A stretch of DNA of 62,871 nt, filler included, from Pirum gemmata (lineage: Eukaryota): assembly GCA_002812295.1 (NCBI GenBank). It is 18 parts of 18 records of this genome, joined end to end, with 100 filler letters (N's around TTAATTAATTAA, not from the genome) between each part and the next. Parts side by side here need not be neighbours in the genome. Positions count along the whole stretch, not along the records: positions 1 to 3,054 come from PDIN01003684.1; positions 3,155 to 7,625 come from PDIN01003685.1; positions 7,726 to 10,717 come from PDIN01003686.1; positions 10,818 to 15,743 come from PDIN01003687.1; 14 more parts are not named here. One strand, given 5' to 3'. A program made the translations under genes and the position numbers. Under the pieces are notes generated by a model. It saw only the letters and a program-made list of their open reading frames with translations, searched no databases and was not told where the DNA came from. Positions within the stretch are counted from its first letter, which is position 1, and each line of letters begins with the position of its first letter. Shown here piece by piece: positions 1 to 11,043 of this stretch.

Positions 1-283
1 GGGTGTACACTGTATATGGAAATGTCGGATTTTTAACAACGCTTAATTTGGCACACCCATCTGACTCTCCATTTGACAGAACCTACATATTTTACAAATG
101 ATGATTTGACCAATAAAAATTCATAATTTGAACAGACTTTTTTCTGACAAGCCATACACAGTAGATAATCTGGTCCACAGCACCCTGCGAGGCGCCTTCT
201 GGGCTCCTTGAAGTCTCCTTCAAACTTCATAGTCCTTCTGGACCCAATCTGGATTCTGGAGCTTCTGGGGCTAGCTACTCTTG

Positions 284-352
284 GGGATAAGGGGCTAGGG
301 ATAGGGGGCTAGGGATAGGGGGCTAGGGATAGGGGGCTAGGGATAGGGGGAT
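284..352 (+). repeat. G-rich minisatellite (GGGGCTAGGGATAG)n, telomere-like
   Basis: About 4-5 tandem ~14-15 nt units are visible directly. Confidence 0.8.
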
Positions 353-637
353 AGAAATAATTATAGAAATATCATAATATACCAAAAAAAAAGAAAGAAA
401 AAACTGTAAAATATACTGGTGGGTAATATATATAATATATACATCCAGTGTTGAGTAAATTGTTTTATGCGTTTGGCATTTTAAGCGAGCAAAAATAAAA
501 TTACCGTTGTAATCTATATATATGGCCACTGAATTGGTGTTCAGTTTATGAAATTTAATTTATTTTTAATTTTATTTTTAATTTTATTTTATTTTTCATT
601 TTTTGTTGACAAAAACTGGAATATTAAAAAAGTAAAA

Positions 638-2888
638 ATGAGGTTTTATAAAAATTTTGCTACCTTATCCATTTTATGTGGAAGTAGTTTAGCTCATTTT
701 AATATCAGTGATGATGAAATTTTTGCCATGGGACAAGTCTCAAAACTTCCCGGTGAAGCAAGGTTTATGATGTTTTTGCAAAGTTCTACAGAAGAGCAAC
801 AAAAATTAATCAACAGTTTACAAAATAAGATTGAAATCTCCTTTCAGCAATATAATCACATGGTTCGTAATGATCCTGAGGCTGAAAAATTATCCGATGA
901 AGCACTACGAAATATTTATGAACAGAATGACCAAGGGATTTTTGATTTAAACTTTACAGAAGCATTGTTAGACTTCAAAAATTACGCCGAAAAAATAAAG
1001 GAAGAGAGTATTAATGCGCTTAGTTATACCAATGATGCAAAAAGAATGAGTAATTTTAGTAATTTTCAAATTCAAAGAGTGCTAAAAAACCCCGATAACA
1101 AAATTAATAAAACTTCTTACCGATTATGGCAGCATGGTAAACCACTTAAAGAGTTTGAGGGAGATATGTTTTCTTTAGAAAAAAAACTTAATAACACTTT
1201 GAGTGGAGCTGCTTTAGAAAATCCTTCCACTGACGATGAAAAAGAAAGTTTAGCCATTTTAGCTACTTTTTTAGAACGCGCAGTAATGCAGGAAACTAAC
1301 AAGGTTTTTAAAAATGAAGATCTAGCCCATAACATTGAATTTGTAGATGAACTCGATATGCACACCCCAACACCACCACGTGATACTGAATATCAGTTTG
1401 CTATTTTTAAAGAAATTGTTGGCACTTTTAATACCAATGACTATCAAAATGATGATGGAGGAACTAATATATATAATCAGTTGAAGCAGAATTACCTTGA
1501 GATGTACCGGGGTAGTGAGGGATGCAATATTGGCAATCCTGTAACAGTTGGCAATGTTAAGCAAACAAATCGTAAAGAATGGGCATTTGTTAAAACTACG
1601 TTAACAGCAGGTGGAAGACTTAATTATGAATGTAACGGATATAAAAATATTGCTAATTTACAGGCTGATGGTAAAAGAAGTAGATTAAAAGCACAGGACG
1701 TCTTTGTTGCATTTTATAGTGATAGCAGTAGAAATTGGTGGGGTGGTGATAACTTACAATTTTTTGTTATACAACCAGACCAAGTAAAAGAACAAAAGCA
1801 AGTACAATCAGAGCAACGCCCAGAAGAAAAAGGGCTTTTTCGAAAGGCATTTGATTACTTTTTTTCAGATAGAAGAAGAGCTAGTGGTCTAGGTTTGCTT
1901 TCTGACTTTTTAGAAACAAGTATAAAAGGAATGGATGACGCAACAGGCGTTGCAAAAAAAGCTGATGAAGCTGTGGATATTACATATAAAACATACCACG
2001 CCATGAAAAGGGCTGGTGAATACTCAGAGGCTGCAAATAAAAGATACTTAGAAGCTGTTGAACACGCCCAAGTAGCACGGCAAGCCGTGGAAACTGCTGA
2101 ATTAAAACTCATGAAAGACACCTATGACGCACACCATGCTGAGTATTTAGATGCAGCTCTTCAACGAAAAATTATATTAAGGGATGCACAAGATGCTGGT
2201 TTAGAGAATAAAAAAGGTCAACAGCTTATGGAGGAGTATAATAACCTAAAGTCTTTCGAAGATGACATGTGGAAAATAGCACAAGATGCTAAATTTGCTC
2301 AAGTTGGAGTCTTAAAAAAAAGATTCTTTGAAGATCAAAGACGTTTCAAAGATGCAATGGCGGAAAGTGCTAATCAATTTGGTGTTACAGAACAAGTAAA
2401 ACATGTGTCTGGAAAAAATAGTGATGAATACAATAATGCTTTGGCTAAACTTAATGAATTGACTCAGAGAAGGACTGAACTTTTGGAAAAGGCAAAGCAA
2501 TCCAAAAAAGCTGTTATTGATCTTGATAACCAAGCCTTTGATAGTGGCATTGCCATGCCTGATGGTACTGCTGATGATGTGGCTTCTGTTCTTGTTGATG
2601 AAGCGTCTTCTGGATTTATAGCTGAAGTAGGTCAACTAAAGCAAAAGTTTTATAATAATTTTAAAAACCAGATTGACTCATTTACAAACTTCAAAACTTA
2701 TGTTCGAGGATACTGTCAGGCAGGTGGGGATTTTGTTTACAATGTTAGGCAATTTAATTTTGATGAACTACAAAAAATAGCCGAAGAAGATACTATTAGA
2801 GTTGCATTGCATCAGGTTGATGAAGCTCGTAAAGTTACCGATAATGTGCTTGCATCAACAAAGATTTTGGATGGACAACTTCAAAAAC
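638..2888 (+). CDS. Large secreted protein of unknown function; first exon (~750 aa), 3'-partial
   Basis: Within ORF 548..2923. The likely start is AAAA-ATG at 638, giving signal peptide MRFYKNFATLSILCGSSLA. Complex coding sequence runs to a GTAAGT donor at 2889 and is followed by (TTA)n intron-like DNA. Contains FFSDRRR|AS and a long coiled-coil/helical C-terminal half. Confidence 0.85.
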
Positions 2889-2999
2889 GTAAGTTATTAT
2901 TATTATTAATTATCAATTATTAGTTATTGTAATTATTATTAATGATTATTATTCATTAATTAATAATATCATATAATTATAATGAATAATAATATTAAT

Positions 3000-3031
<32 letters not shown>

Positions 3032-3054
3032 ATTATTATTAATCATTAATTATT

Positions 3055-3154
3055 NNNNNNNNNNNNNNNNNNNNNNNNNNNNNNNNNNNNNNNNNNNNTT
3101 AATTAATTAANNNNNNNNNNNNNNNNNNNNNNNNNNNNNNNNNNNNNNNNNNNN
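3055..3154. other. Artificial scaffold linker (44 N + TTAATTAATTAA + 44 N). 17 copies start at 3055, 7626, 10718, 15744, 20329, 23482, 26634, 29786, 34233, 37354, 40442, 43565, 46677, 49808, 53618, 56740 and 59722
   Basis: The same 100-nt structure recurs every 3-5 kb, and TTAATTAATTAA places stop codons in all six frames. Confidence 0.98.
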
Positions 3155-3778
3155 AACAATAACAACAATAACAATAACAACAATAACAATAAAAAATTTA
3201 TATGTATTATTGATTATATATTATTTATAAGCAGAAAAAAAAAAAAAAAAAAAAGAAAATTTTTGTCAGATATTTGTTACATTTGATTATATTTGAGTGA
3301 ATGTACACATTTACACATATTGTAACTGACAACTAACTGTACGTATCATAGTGTTTTACTTCGTGTTTGTATTTTGAGATTTTGTATGGGAATTATAAAG
3401 CACTATAACACACACATATATATTACATCTATTTTTTTCCTTTTATAATTTGTTTTTTTGTATAGTACTAGTAGGTTTAGAATATTACAATAATATAAAC
3501 TATTTATATATATAAGCACGTATATTAATATTAAAGAAAAAAGAAAAAATAGAAATCACAAAAATAAATGATAATAAAATAAAAAATAAAAAATAAAAAA
3601 GAACAAGCTACATTCATAATCATAATAACAACAACAAAAACAGAACAAAATAAACAAACAATAAAACAATAAACAAGCAATATTAAAATTAATTAAAATA
3701 ATAATAAAATAATAATAATAATAATATAATAATAATAACAAATAAGCAAAAACACAAAAAATAATAACAGAGAAAATT

Positions 3779-4441
3779 ATGCATATCTTTTCAACAGCAA
3801 GTCTTACGACTTTAATAACAACGTTGACTTATACAAAAGCAGCACCTCAAACTGGAGGTGGTCTACAACAAATATTACCAGGTTCATATACTAACTCATG
3901 TTTTAATATTCGATTACAAGGGTCCAGTTTAAGTGCAAACTGTCAAACAGAAACAACAGAAGCCTTTTGTCAAGGCGTACAAGGAGGATGCAGAGCGAGG
4001 GGTCGCGGAGATCCAGGACCATTAAATACAGTTTGTTATGAAAGTTGTCGGATGTCTGCGCCTGCAGCCCCTTTCAGTACTTTAGAAATTAATGATAACA
4101 GATATTGTATAAGTGCCAGGAATACTAACGGGCAATTGGAGTGTGAGAGATTTCGACCTTTAATAACCTTTCGTTATACAGGCGGTATGGAACATACTGT
4201 TAATGATAACAATCTTCGTAATAGTTATGTAATTTTACCAGAAAATGTAAGAAATAATCCTAATATTTCGTTGCAAAAAGTTATTTATTGTGATCCCCAT
4301 TATCAAAGTAGAATGTATGTATTTTCTGAAAATTATGTAGATCAGATTTATATTCCTTCCTCTTATAGTACTGATTGTGTTTCGGTTGATATAAATGGGG
4401 ATTTACAAAAAACTGCTTACCAATACGCTTTCATATCATAA
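3779..4441 (+). CDS. Secreted protein with an N-terminal CVNH (cyanovirin-N homology)-like lectin module
   Basis: Signal peptide MHIFSTASLTTLITTLTYTKA. LPGSYTNSCFNIRLQGSSLSANC...STLEI...CISARNTNGQLEC matches the CVNH repeat pattern GSY..SC..I.....L.A.C...NG.L.C. Intronless 220-aa ORF. Confidence 0.7.
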   Translation: MHIFSTASLTTLITTLTYTKAAPQTGGGLQQILPGSYTNSCFNIRLQGSSLSANCQTETTEAFCQGVQGGCRARGRGDPGPLNTVCYESCRMSAPAAPFSTLEINDNRYCISARNTNGQLECERFRPLITFRYTGGMEHTVNDNNLRNSYVILPENVRNNPNISLQKVIYCDPHYQSRMYVFSENYVDQIYIPSSYSTDCVSVDINGDLQKTAYQYAFIS

Positions 4442-4476
4442 GTTAATATAACGTTTTTAATTATTATTATTATTAA

Positions 4477-4507
<31 letters not shown>

Positions 4508-4512
4508 TAACA

Positions 4513-4567
<55 letters not shown>

Positions 4568-4576
4568 NTTATTGAA

Positions 4577-4612
<36 letters not shown>

Positions 4613-4692
4613 CATACCACTATAAAAATATAAGCTCGAAATTGTCGAACCTATGTATTTTTAATAAACTCGAAAAAATTAATTTTGAAAAG

Positions 4693-4862
4693 ACAAACAG
4701 ACCAGAAATTCTGCTCGGCAGAAATCGAGCTTTTAGGGGCAGAAAGCAGAAGCAGAAAGTCGAGTTTTAGGGGCAGAATTCGGAGAAGTCTAAATCCGCT
4801 TTATCAAAAAAACCCAAAATAATACTAAAATGCTCCAATTTCAATAAAAGTACTACCAAATT
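4693..4862. repeat. Dispersed repeat family G (GCAGAA-rich), probably a DNA-transposon end; second copy at 20429-20633
   Basis: ACAGACCAGAAATTCTGCTCGGCAGAAATCGAGCTTT...GGGCAGAATTCGGAGAAGT is nearly identical in two scaffolds. Confidence 0.75.
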
Positions 4863-5012
4863 TTTGAGTCTAAAAATATAATTTCTAAATAATGGGTTTG
4901 AAAATTTATAGGAAAATTTATCATAGTCTAGTGGGAATTTTTTCATTAGCACGTTTATAACTACGTTTATGTAATATATTGAAAAAATTAAGTTAGTATT
5001 ATTAGATGGTAC

Positions 5013-5120
5013 TGTTGTATTGTTGTATTGTTGTATTGTTGTATTGTTGTATTGCTGTATTGTTGTATTGTTGTATTGTTGTATTGTTGTATTGTTGTAT
5101 TGTTGTATTGTTGTATTGTT
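5013..5120. repeat. (TGTTGTAT)n microsatellite with degenerate TGTAT/TGTAG extensions to ~5500
   Basis: Direct reading of the tandem units. Confidence 0.9.
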
Positions 5121-6285
5121 TTTTGTAAGAGCCTAAAAACACCATCGATATATATCATACTGTATGGAATGTATTGATATTGTATTACTATTGTATTGTA
5201 TTAATATTGTATTGTATTTATATTTGTAGTGTAGTGTAGTGTAGTGTAATGTACATAGTTGTAGTGTAGTGTTGTAGGTATCGTGTGTTTTGTAGTGTAG
5301 TGTATTGTTGTATTGGATAGTATATACATAATGCTATATATTATTAATAAATAATATTGCGCGTGCCGAGGGGGAGGGGTACGAGCCTCAAAAAAATCAC
5401 TGAGTTACGTACATGTATTGGTATTGTATTAATATTGAATTGTATTGTATTGTATTGTATTGTATAATATTGTATTTATATATTGCATTGTTGTATTGAA
5501 TTGATCATTGTGTTGATCTCATACACATTATTTAATATTTCCTTATTATTGAATATAACAACGTTTCAATTAAACTGTTTTTACATGTACACATATTCAA
5601 CATATTCCTTTACATGCAATAAGGGAGCATCCATAAAGGACGTTACTTATTCTTTGATAGAAGTCATGATCATTGCTATAAATAAAAAAACAAAGAAAAA
5701 GGTTTTTTGTTTTATTTTGTTTTGGTTTGCTTTTTTATTTTGTTTTTTGCTCGTTTTTGAAAAAAATCAAAAACAAAATAAACAAAACAACAAACTATAA
5801 TATATGGACCCCCATTAATCACTATCTATATCCCTGACCCTAACCTTAAGTGCTAGAATGTGTTACTGTTAGTGTTGGCAATTTTATAATATATATTAGT
5901 GTTGGTATCAGTACATGTAAGTTCCTTTTTTTATTATTACACATTTAAGTGCTTACAAAAAGAATACATACTACAACCCGCAATAATAATAAAAACATTT
6001 TTTTTCCATTTTTTTTTATGGAAATCATTTGCCTCTGCTATGTTTCAACAATTCCTACTGTTTCAAGCCCAGCAAGGAATACAGCACCACATACAGCAAT
6101 CCCTGATGTAACAACAACAGCAACAACAACCATGCCAACAGCAGGCTGTACAACAGCAACAACAACCATGCCAACAGCAAGCTCCACAACAACAGCCACA
6201 ACAACCATATCAACCGCAAGTTCCAAAGTCACAGCAACAACAGCAATGCCAACAGAAACAGCAACAAATACAACCGCAACCCACA

Positions 6286-6915
6286 ATGAAAAAAGAAACT
6301 GAGTTGGTCGAACAGGAACTGGGTACAGAAATCGTTTCGACTACCTTATGTAGATTTTTTTTTAAAAAAAAAAATTGCCGAGCAGTGATAACAATTAATT
6401 GTGTTCTTATTCTCTTAGTTATGGTTATCACACAATGGTTTATTGTAGCAGTTAACAATGGGCAAGCAGTTAATTTTGGATTAATATACCTTACACTTGA
6501 CATGCCTGGCAAATACAACGCTACTTCGGTGATGTCGTACTCTTTTCAGCATTTTTATTCTACCGTGCAAGTGGTTGCTTGTATCAACAGTTCTTCTAGT
6601 TACAGTGTTACACTACGAACGGAAATGTGGTTATGGCTGCTTTAAAGTTCATTTTACTTCTTATCAATGTTATTCTAGCATTTCAATTTTATGATATTTA
6701 CTGGAAATTCTTGGCAATTACGATTTCTATAATTTAGTTAGTAGAACGGGTATCTCTTATATTTCCGCAAAAAATGATGTAGTTAAGGACCAACAAATAT
6801 TTCAAGAAACCCATTACTTGCTCACAGTATCAGACAATATATTTTTTCCAAAGGTGCTGGTTTGATTCTTTCCATTGTGATGGTTGCTGTTTCGGGTACA
6901 GACTTTTTAATATGA
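6286..6915 (+). pseudogene. Degraded four-TM claudin/PMP22-like membrane protein
   Basis: TM1 (VITINCVLILLVMVIT) is followed by QWF...VNFGL and two Cys. After a frameshift near 6600 come TM2/TM3 (VVMAALKFILLLINVILAF; FLAITISII*). A final TM (SKGAGLILSIVMVAV) follows further disruptions. Confidence 0.45.
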
Positions 6916-7790
6916 TGTTTTGCCAACTAAAGAAAAAGTAAAACCAACACTGTGACTACTACATCTATATTGGTTTAAAAAATATATGATCAAAAAATAA
7001 TTATTTAAAATAACAACTGAAAATAATAATTATAATAAATATTATATTTTCTCTCTTTTTTCGAATTATACATAATATTATAACTCATTAATTATAATAA
7101 ATAATTATTTAAATTTCGAGTTTTATGTTTTTTAATTTTACTCATATATCAACTGGCCCTGGAAACATAATAATGAAAGGAGTGGTTCTGTAAAAGAGGT
7201 TTGCACTCTCGCTGCTTTACGCGTTCAGATCTGGAAAAGGTTTAGTTTTAATATCAAAACAAAGGTTAGGGTTAAGGTTAGGGTTACAATAAAAAAAGTT
7301 GTAATGTCTGTTAATTAATATTTTTGTTTATAATCAATTTATCATTTAAAAATACAATAAGTATATCATTTTCCAAAAATGAAATAAGATTATGTTGTTA
7401 CCATCATCATGATAGTATTAATAACCATATTACCAATACTAATATTGAATATGGTCATAATAATTATTATGACCATGGTACCAACATTAATATTCATTAT
7501 GGTAATAAAAATAATGAGCATGACAAAAATACTAATACTAAAACTGATAAAAATAATAATAATTATAATAGGTTAGTAAGCAGCGTTAGGGTTAAACTTA
7601 GGGTTAGGGTAATAATAATAATAATNNNNNNNNNNNNNNNNNNNNNNNNNNNNNNNNNNNNNNNNNNNNTTAATTAATTAANNNNNNNNNNNNNNNNNNN
7701 NNNNNNNNNNNNNNNNNNNNNNNNNGGGAACATTATTATTATTATTATTATTATTATCATTATTATTATCATTATCATTATTATTATTAC

Positions 7791-7828
<38 letters not shown>

Positions 7829-8484
7829 GTGTTATAATAATCTTTATTACTTATTCTGGTATTTAATCTGTTGCAACCATTATTGCCATTACCTTTACTT
7901 TTGCCATTACCTTTACCTTTACCAATATTGCTGTTACCATTTTTGATATAGGTATTATCACAATTGTAGTTACTTTCATTATTATTACTTTTTATATTAA
8001 TAAAGTCTCGCAAGACTTCCTCCAGCGTTTTACTTCTTATGTCCAATTTAACGTCACCAATAGAATAACTACTGGATTTTTCTTGTTTTTTACCCATGTT
8101 TCATTACTATTATCATATTTCTTGTATATGTTTAATAAGGTTCTTGATAACAGTGTTTTAATTACAAAAGCAAAATTATCGATACTTATCTATAAAATAG
8201 TAGAAGTGTATTGTCTGTCTTTCAGAAGTGCACTGTAGTAAAAAAACAGTTAAACATGGCAAAATTAATATGATTTTCAACTGGGTAACCCCGTAGTATA
8301 AATAACTTAATAGTACCAATAGATTTCAATACTGTAAATGACAAGAGTCATAACTCTTGAAATGATAACTTGAATTTTATTATATTTTTTGCTATCATAA
8401 TAGTATCATAATGTAGCTTATTTATCAAGACTAAATTTTTTTTTTATCAATTCTTTGTTTTTTTTTTCAATGTTTTTTTCAGTT

Positions 8485-8543
<59 letters not shown>

Positions 8544-9495
8544 GCACTAGTTTCCAGAAAGGGAATGAAAAAAGAAAGCAACTTGCAAGGCTTACAAATG
8601 CGCCGAACTTTTCGGTTAATTAAATCCATTTTTTTTTTTTGAAATTTTCGAGATTGTGGATCATTCCTATGATAGCGGGGCACCAACCAAAGTACGTACT
8701 TTCTTACATTTAGAGAGGAAAAAAGGCTAAAAAAGGGGAAATAGACAAAAAAGCAAAATATGTAAATTTTAGAAACAAACATGATTCGAAATACAATAAA
8801 TGCATTCGATCATTATTTCAATCAGTTTTCAAGACTTTTAATCGATCGAGTTCAAAAATGGATGAGTAATCGGAATTCTAATAATTAGTCAGATCCGAAC
8901 TTTCGAGCTCATAATACGACCCTCCATTGGCTAAAATAAAACATTTTGATAAAAAAAAATTTTAGATCGTCAAAAAAATATGCAAATCGAACCTATATAA
9001 AAAACTCGAAATGGGCTGTGGAAAACTATAAAACGATACTTTCGGGGATAAAATCACTGAAAATCCAACCAAAAAAATTTTATTGCTCCATTTTATTAAT
9101 TGCCCCACTATTTAGAGGGAAACTAAAAGGGTACAACAACAACAAAAGCAACAACAACAAAAGCAACAACAACAACAACAAGCAAAATCGCTTTCACAGT
9201 AAACCACCAAATACCGCCAAATACCAGTAGACTTTATTAGAAATAGGTAGAAACGTGTAGAAGTCAGCTAGACTAAAGGGAAAAAAAATTGCGCACATAT
9301 ATATCATCATAGTAAAAAAAAAAGATACTAACACTGGTACATTCCTCTAGCTAGCTAGCTAGCTAGAGTCTAGCTAGCTAGTAGTGCTAGTAGGTCTCTG
9401 TAGTCTGCACTGTCTCTGCTGTAGTATCGATAGTATCGATAGTATGATAGTATGATAGTATCTGAGATGATAGTATCATAGTAGTAGTAGTATCA

Positions 9496-9544
<49 letters not shown>

Positions 9545-9734
9545 TAGTGTAGTAGTAGTACTGTACTCTAGTAGATAGTATTGATACTGTATTGATAGAG
9601 TAGAGAGTTAGTAGAGTAGTAGAGCCAGTCCAGCTAGCTAGAAAGTTGAAACAACTGGTATGATAAAAAAACTAACTTTATTGACCTAAATAAATAGATT
9701 CTTTTTGTTCTCAAGTATCTGATCCATTTTATCA

Positions 9735-9901
9735 CAGTTGTCCTCTCAATCTTTAATTTGGTACTGTTTAAGTGTATAATTGAACTTTTTTATAAAATAC
9801 AAACATTAATTATAAATTACCAAATTAATTAAAACATGTCTGATAGTTTAACCATAATAATAATTTGGTACGTTTATTTCAGTTTTTAGAACTGGACAAC
9901 A
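9735..9901. mobile_element. MITE family E (~165 bp, GTTGTCC...GGACAAC ends); other copies at 23064-23220, 38441-38600 and 49331-49512
   Basis: Four homologous copies (CCAGTTCAAAAACTGAAATAAA...GTACCAAATTAAAGATTGAAAGGACAAC) in different scaffolds and both orientations, with short terminal inverted repeats. Confidence 0.75.
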
Positions 9902-9986
9902 TAGTATGACATAGCTATCTGATAACTCCTCGATAGTCTACTACTAGCTAGCTAGAGTAGAGCTAGCTAGGCATAATATTATAAAA

Positions 9987-10232
9987 AGGAGGGGTGAGCA
10001 CCCCCTTTGCGAACATTTAAAAGGGCGAGGGGTGAAGTGGAAGGCTATTCGCCACTTCGCAGTTACCATAAATAATATTTATATAGCTATAAATAGTAGC
10101 TANGTTTTAGAAGCTTCTATTAATAGTAGCTATTATACTATTTAAAGTAATTTGAATCACAAAAATTTCATTTTGGCGAACTTTTGGTACCAGAGCCTTC
10201 AATTAGTAAAATGACGTCATCTCATCCCTCCT
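9987..10232. mobile_element. MITE family F (~240 bp, TIR AGGAGGGGTGAG...CTCATCCCTCCT); second copy at 59244-59472
   Basis: Two homologous copies with inverted termini and a shared 3' end AATTAGTAA.ATGACGTCATCTCATCCCTCCT. Confidence 0.75.
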
Positions 10233-10942
10233 GTTATAAAGGACGTCACTTATTCTTTGATAAAAGTCATTGCTCGAAAGTGTGACTTAAACTGTTTTAG
10301 GCAGTAATTAATTATTAAAATGAACTTAAGAATTATGACCAAAAGTGTTTTAGACAAAGATGCATAGGTAAGATTAGGCTGAATCCCTACCAGCCTTACT
10401 ATCTATCTGATACTACTTGTGTATCATATAATTATGATCTATAGTGCTTTTCATTGATTTTGTCACTCCGAATATTTATTTGGTTGTTTATAATGTTTAA
10501 ATTGATACTTTTAAATAAATAAATATATAATAAGCACTATCATATATATCAGATATGAAGAAAAAAAACAGAAAAAAAATTGTTGAAACATGCTGAAACC
10601 ACTCTGAAACCTCAAATTTTGCTAACAGATTTTGAATAGATTTTGAGAGTATTTTGAGGAATTTAACACTAATAAATATTGTATTATTGTATTATTGTAT
10701 TATTGTATTATTGTATTNNNNNNNNNNNNNNNNNNNNNNNNNNNNNNNNNNNNNNNNNNNNTTAATTAATTAANNNNNNNNNNNNNNNNNNNNNNNNNNN
10801 NNNNNNNNNNNNNNNNNTTATTATTATATTATTAATTATTATTATTATTGTCGCCATTTTTATCCGGATAATATTCTATTATAAATTTACATTAAGCAAT
10901 TTATTCATTTATTCCTTTATTAATTAATATATTATTCATAAA

Positions 10943-11043
10943 TTTTTTTTTATTATTGCTTAATAATAATAGTCTGAGTAAATGCTATAGTTTTTTTTTA
11001 TTATTGCTTAATAATAATAGTCTGAGTAAATGCTATAGTTTTA
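10943..11043. repeat. 48-bp tandem duplication covering the last ~13 codons and stop of the minus-strand gene
   Basis: TTTTTTTTTATTATTGCTTAATAATAATAGTCTGAGTAAATGCTATAG occurs twice in tandem. Confidence 0.9.

Noticed and set aside
33..230. 65-aa Cys-containing ORF at the window start
   Set aside because: It is short, has no identifiable motif, and lies at a scaffold edge.
548..637. ORF-track start at 548
   Set aside because: This is T-rich UTR-like sequence. The ATG at 638 has an A-rich context and starts a better signal peptide.
3099..3110. TTAATTAATTAA recurring about every 3 kb as a biological motif
   Set aside because: It is always centred in exactly 88 Ns, so it is an artificial six-frame-stop linker.
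5949..6302. Thr-rich mucin-like ORF
   Set aside because: It is mostly an ACA/GCA repeat without a credible start or signal peptide, and cannot be separated from microsatellite.
7150..7240. Possible small exon (KEVCTLAALRVQIWK, FERM-like) before a GT donor
   Set aside because: Too short, and no acceptor or partner exons were identified.
7726..8200. Asn-rich minus-strand ORF
   Set aside because: No recognisable domain, largely AAT repeat, and the upstream frame is inconsistent.
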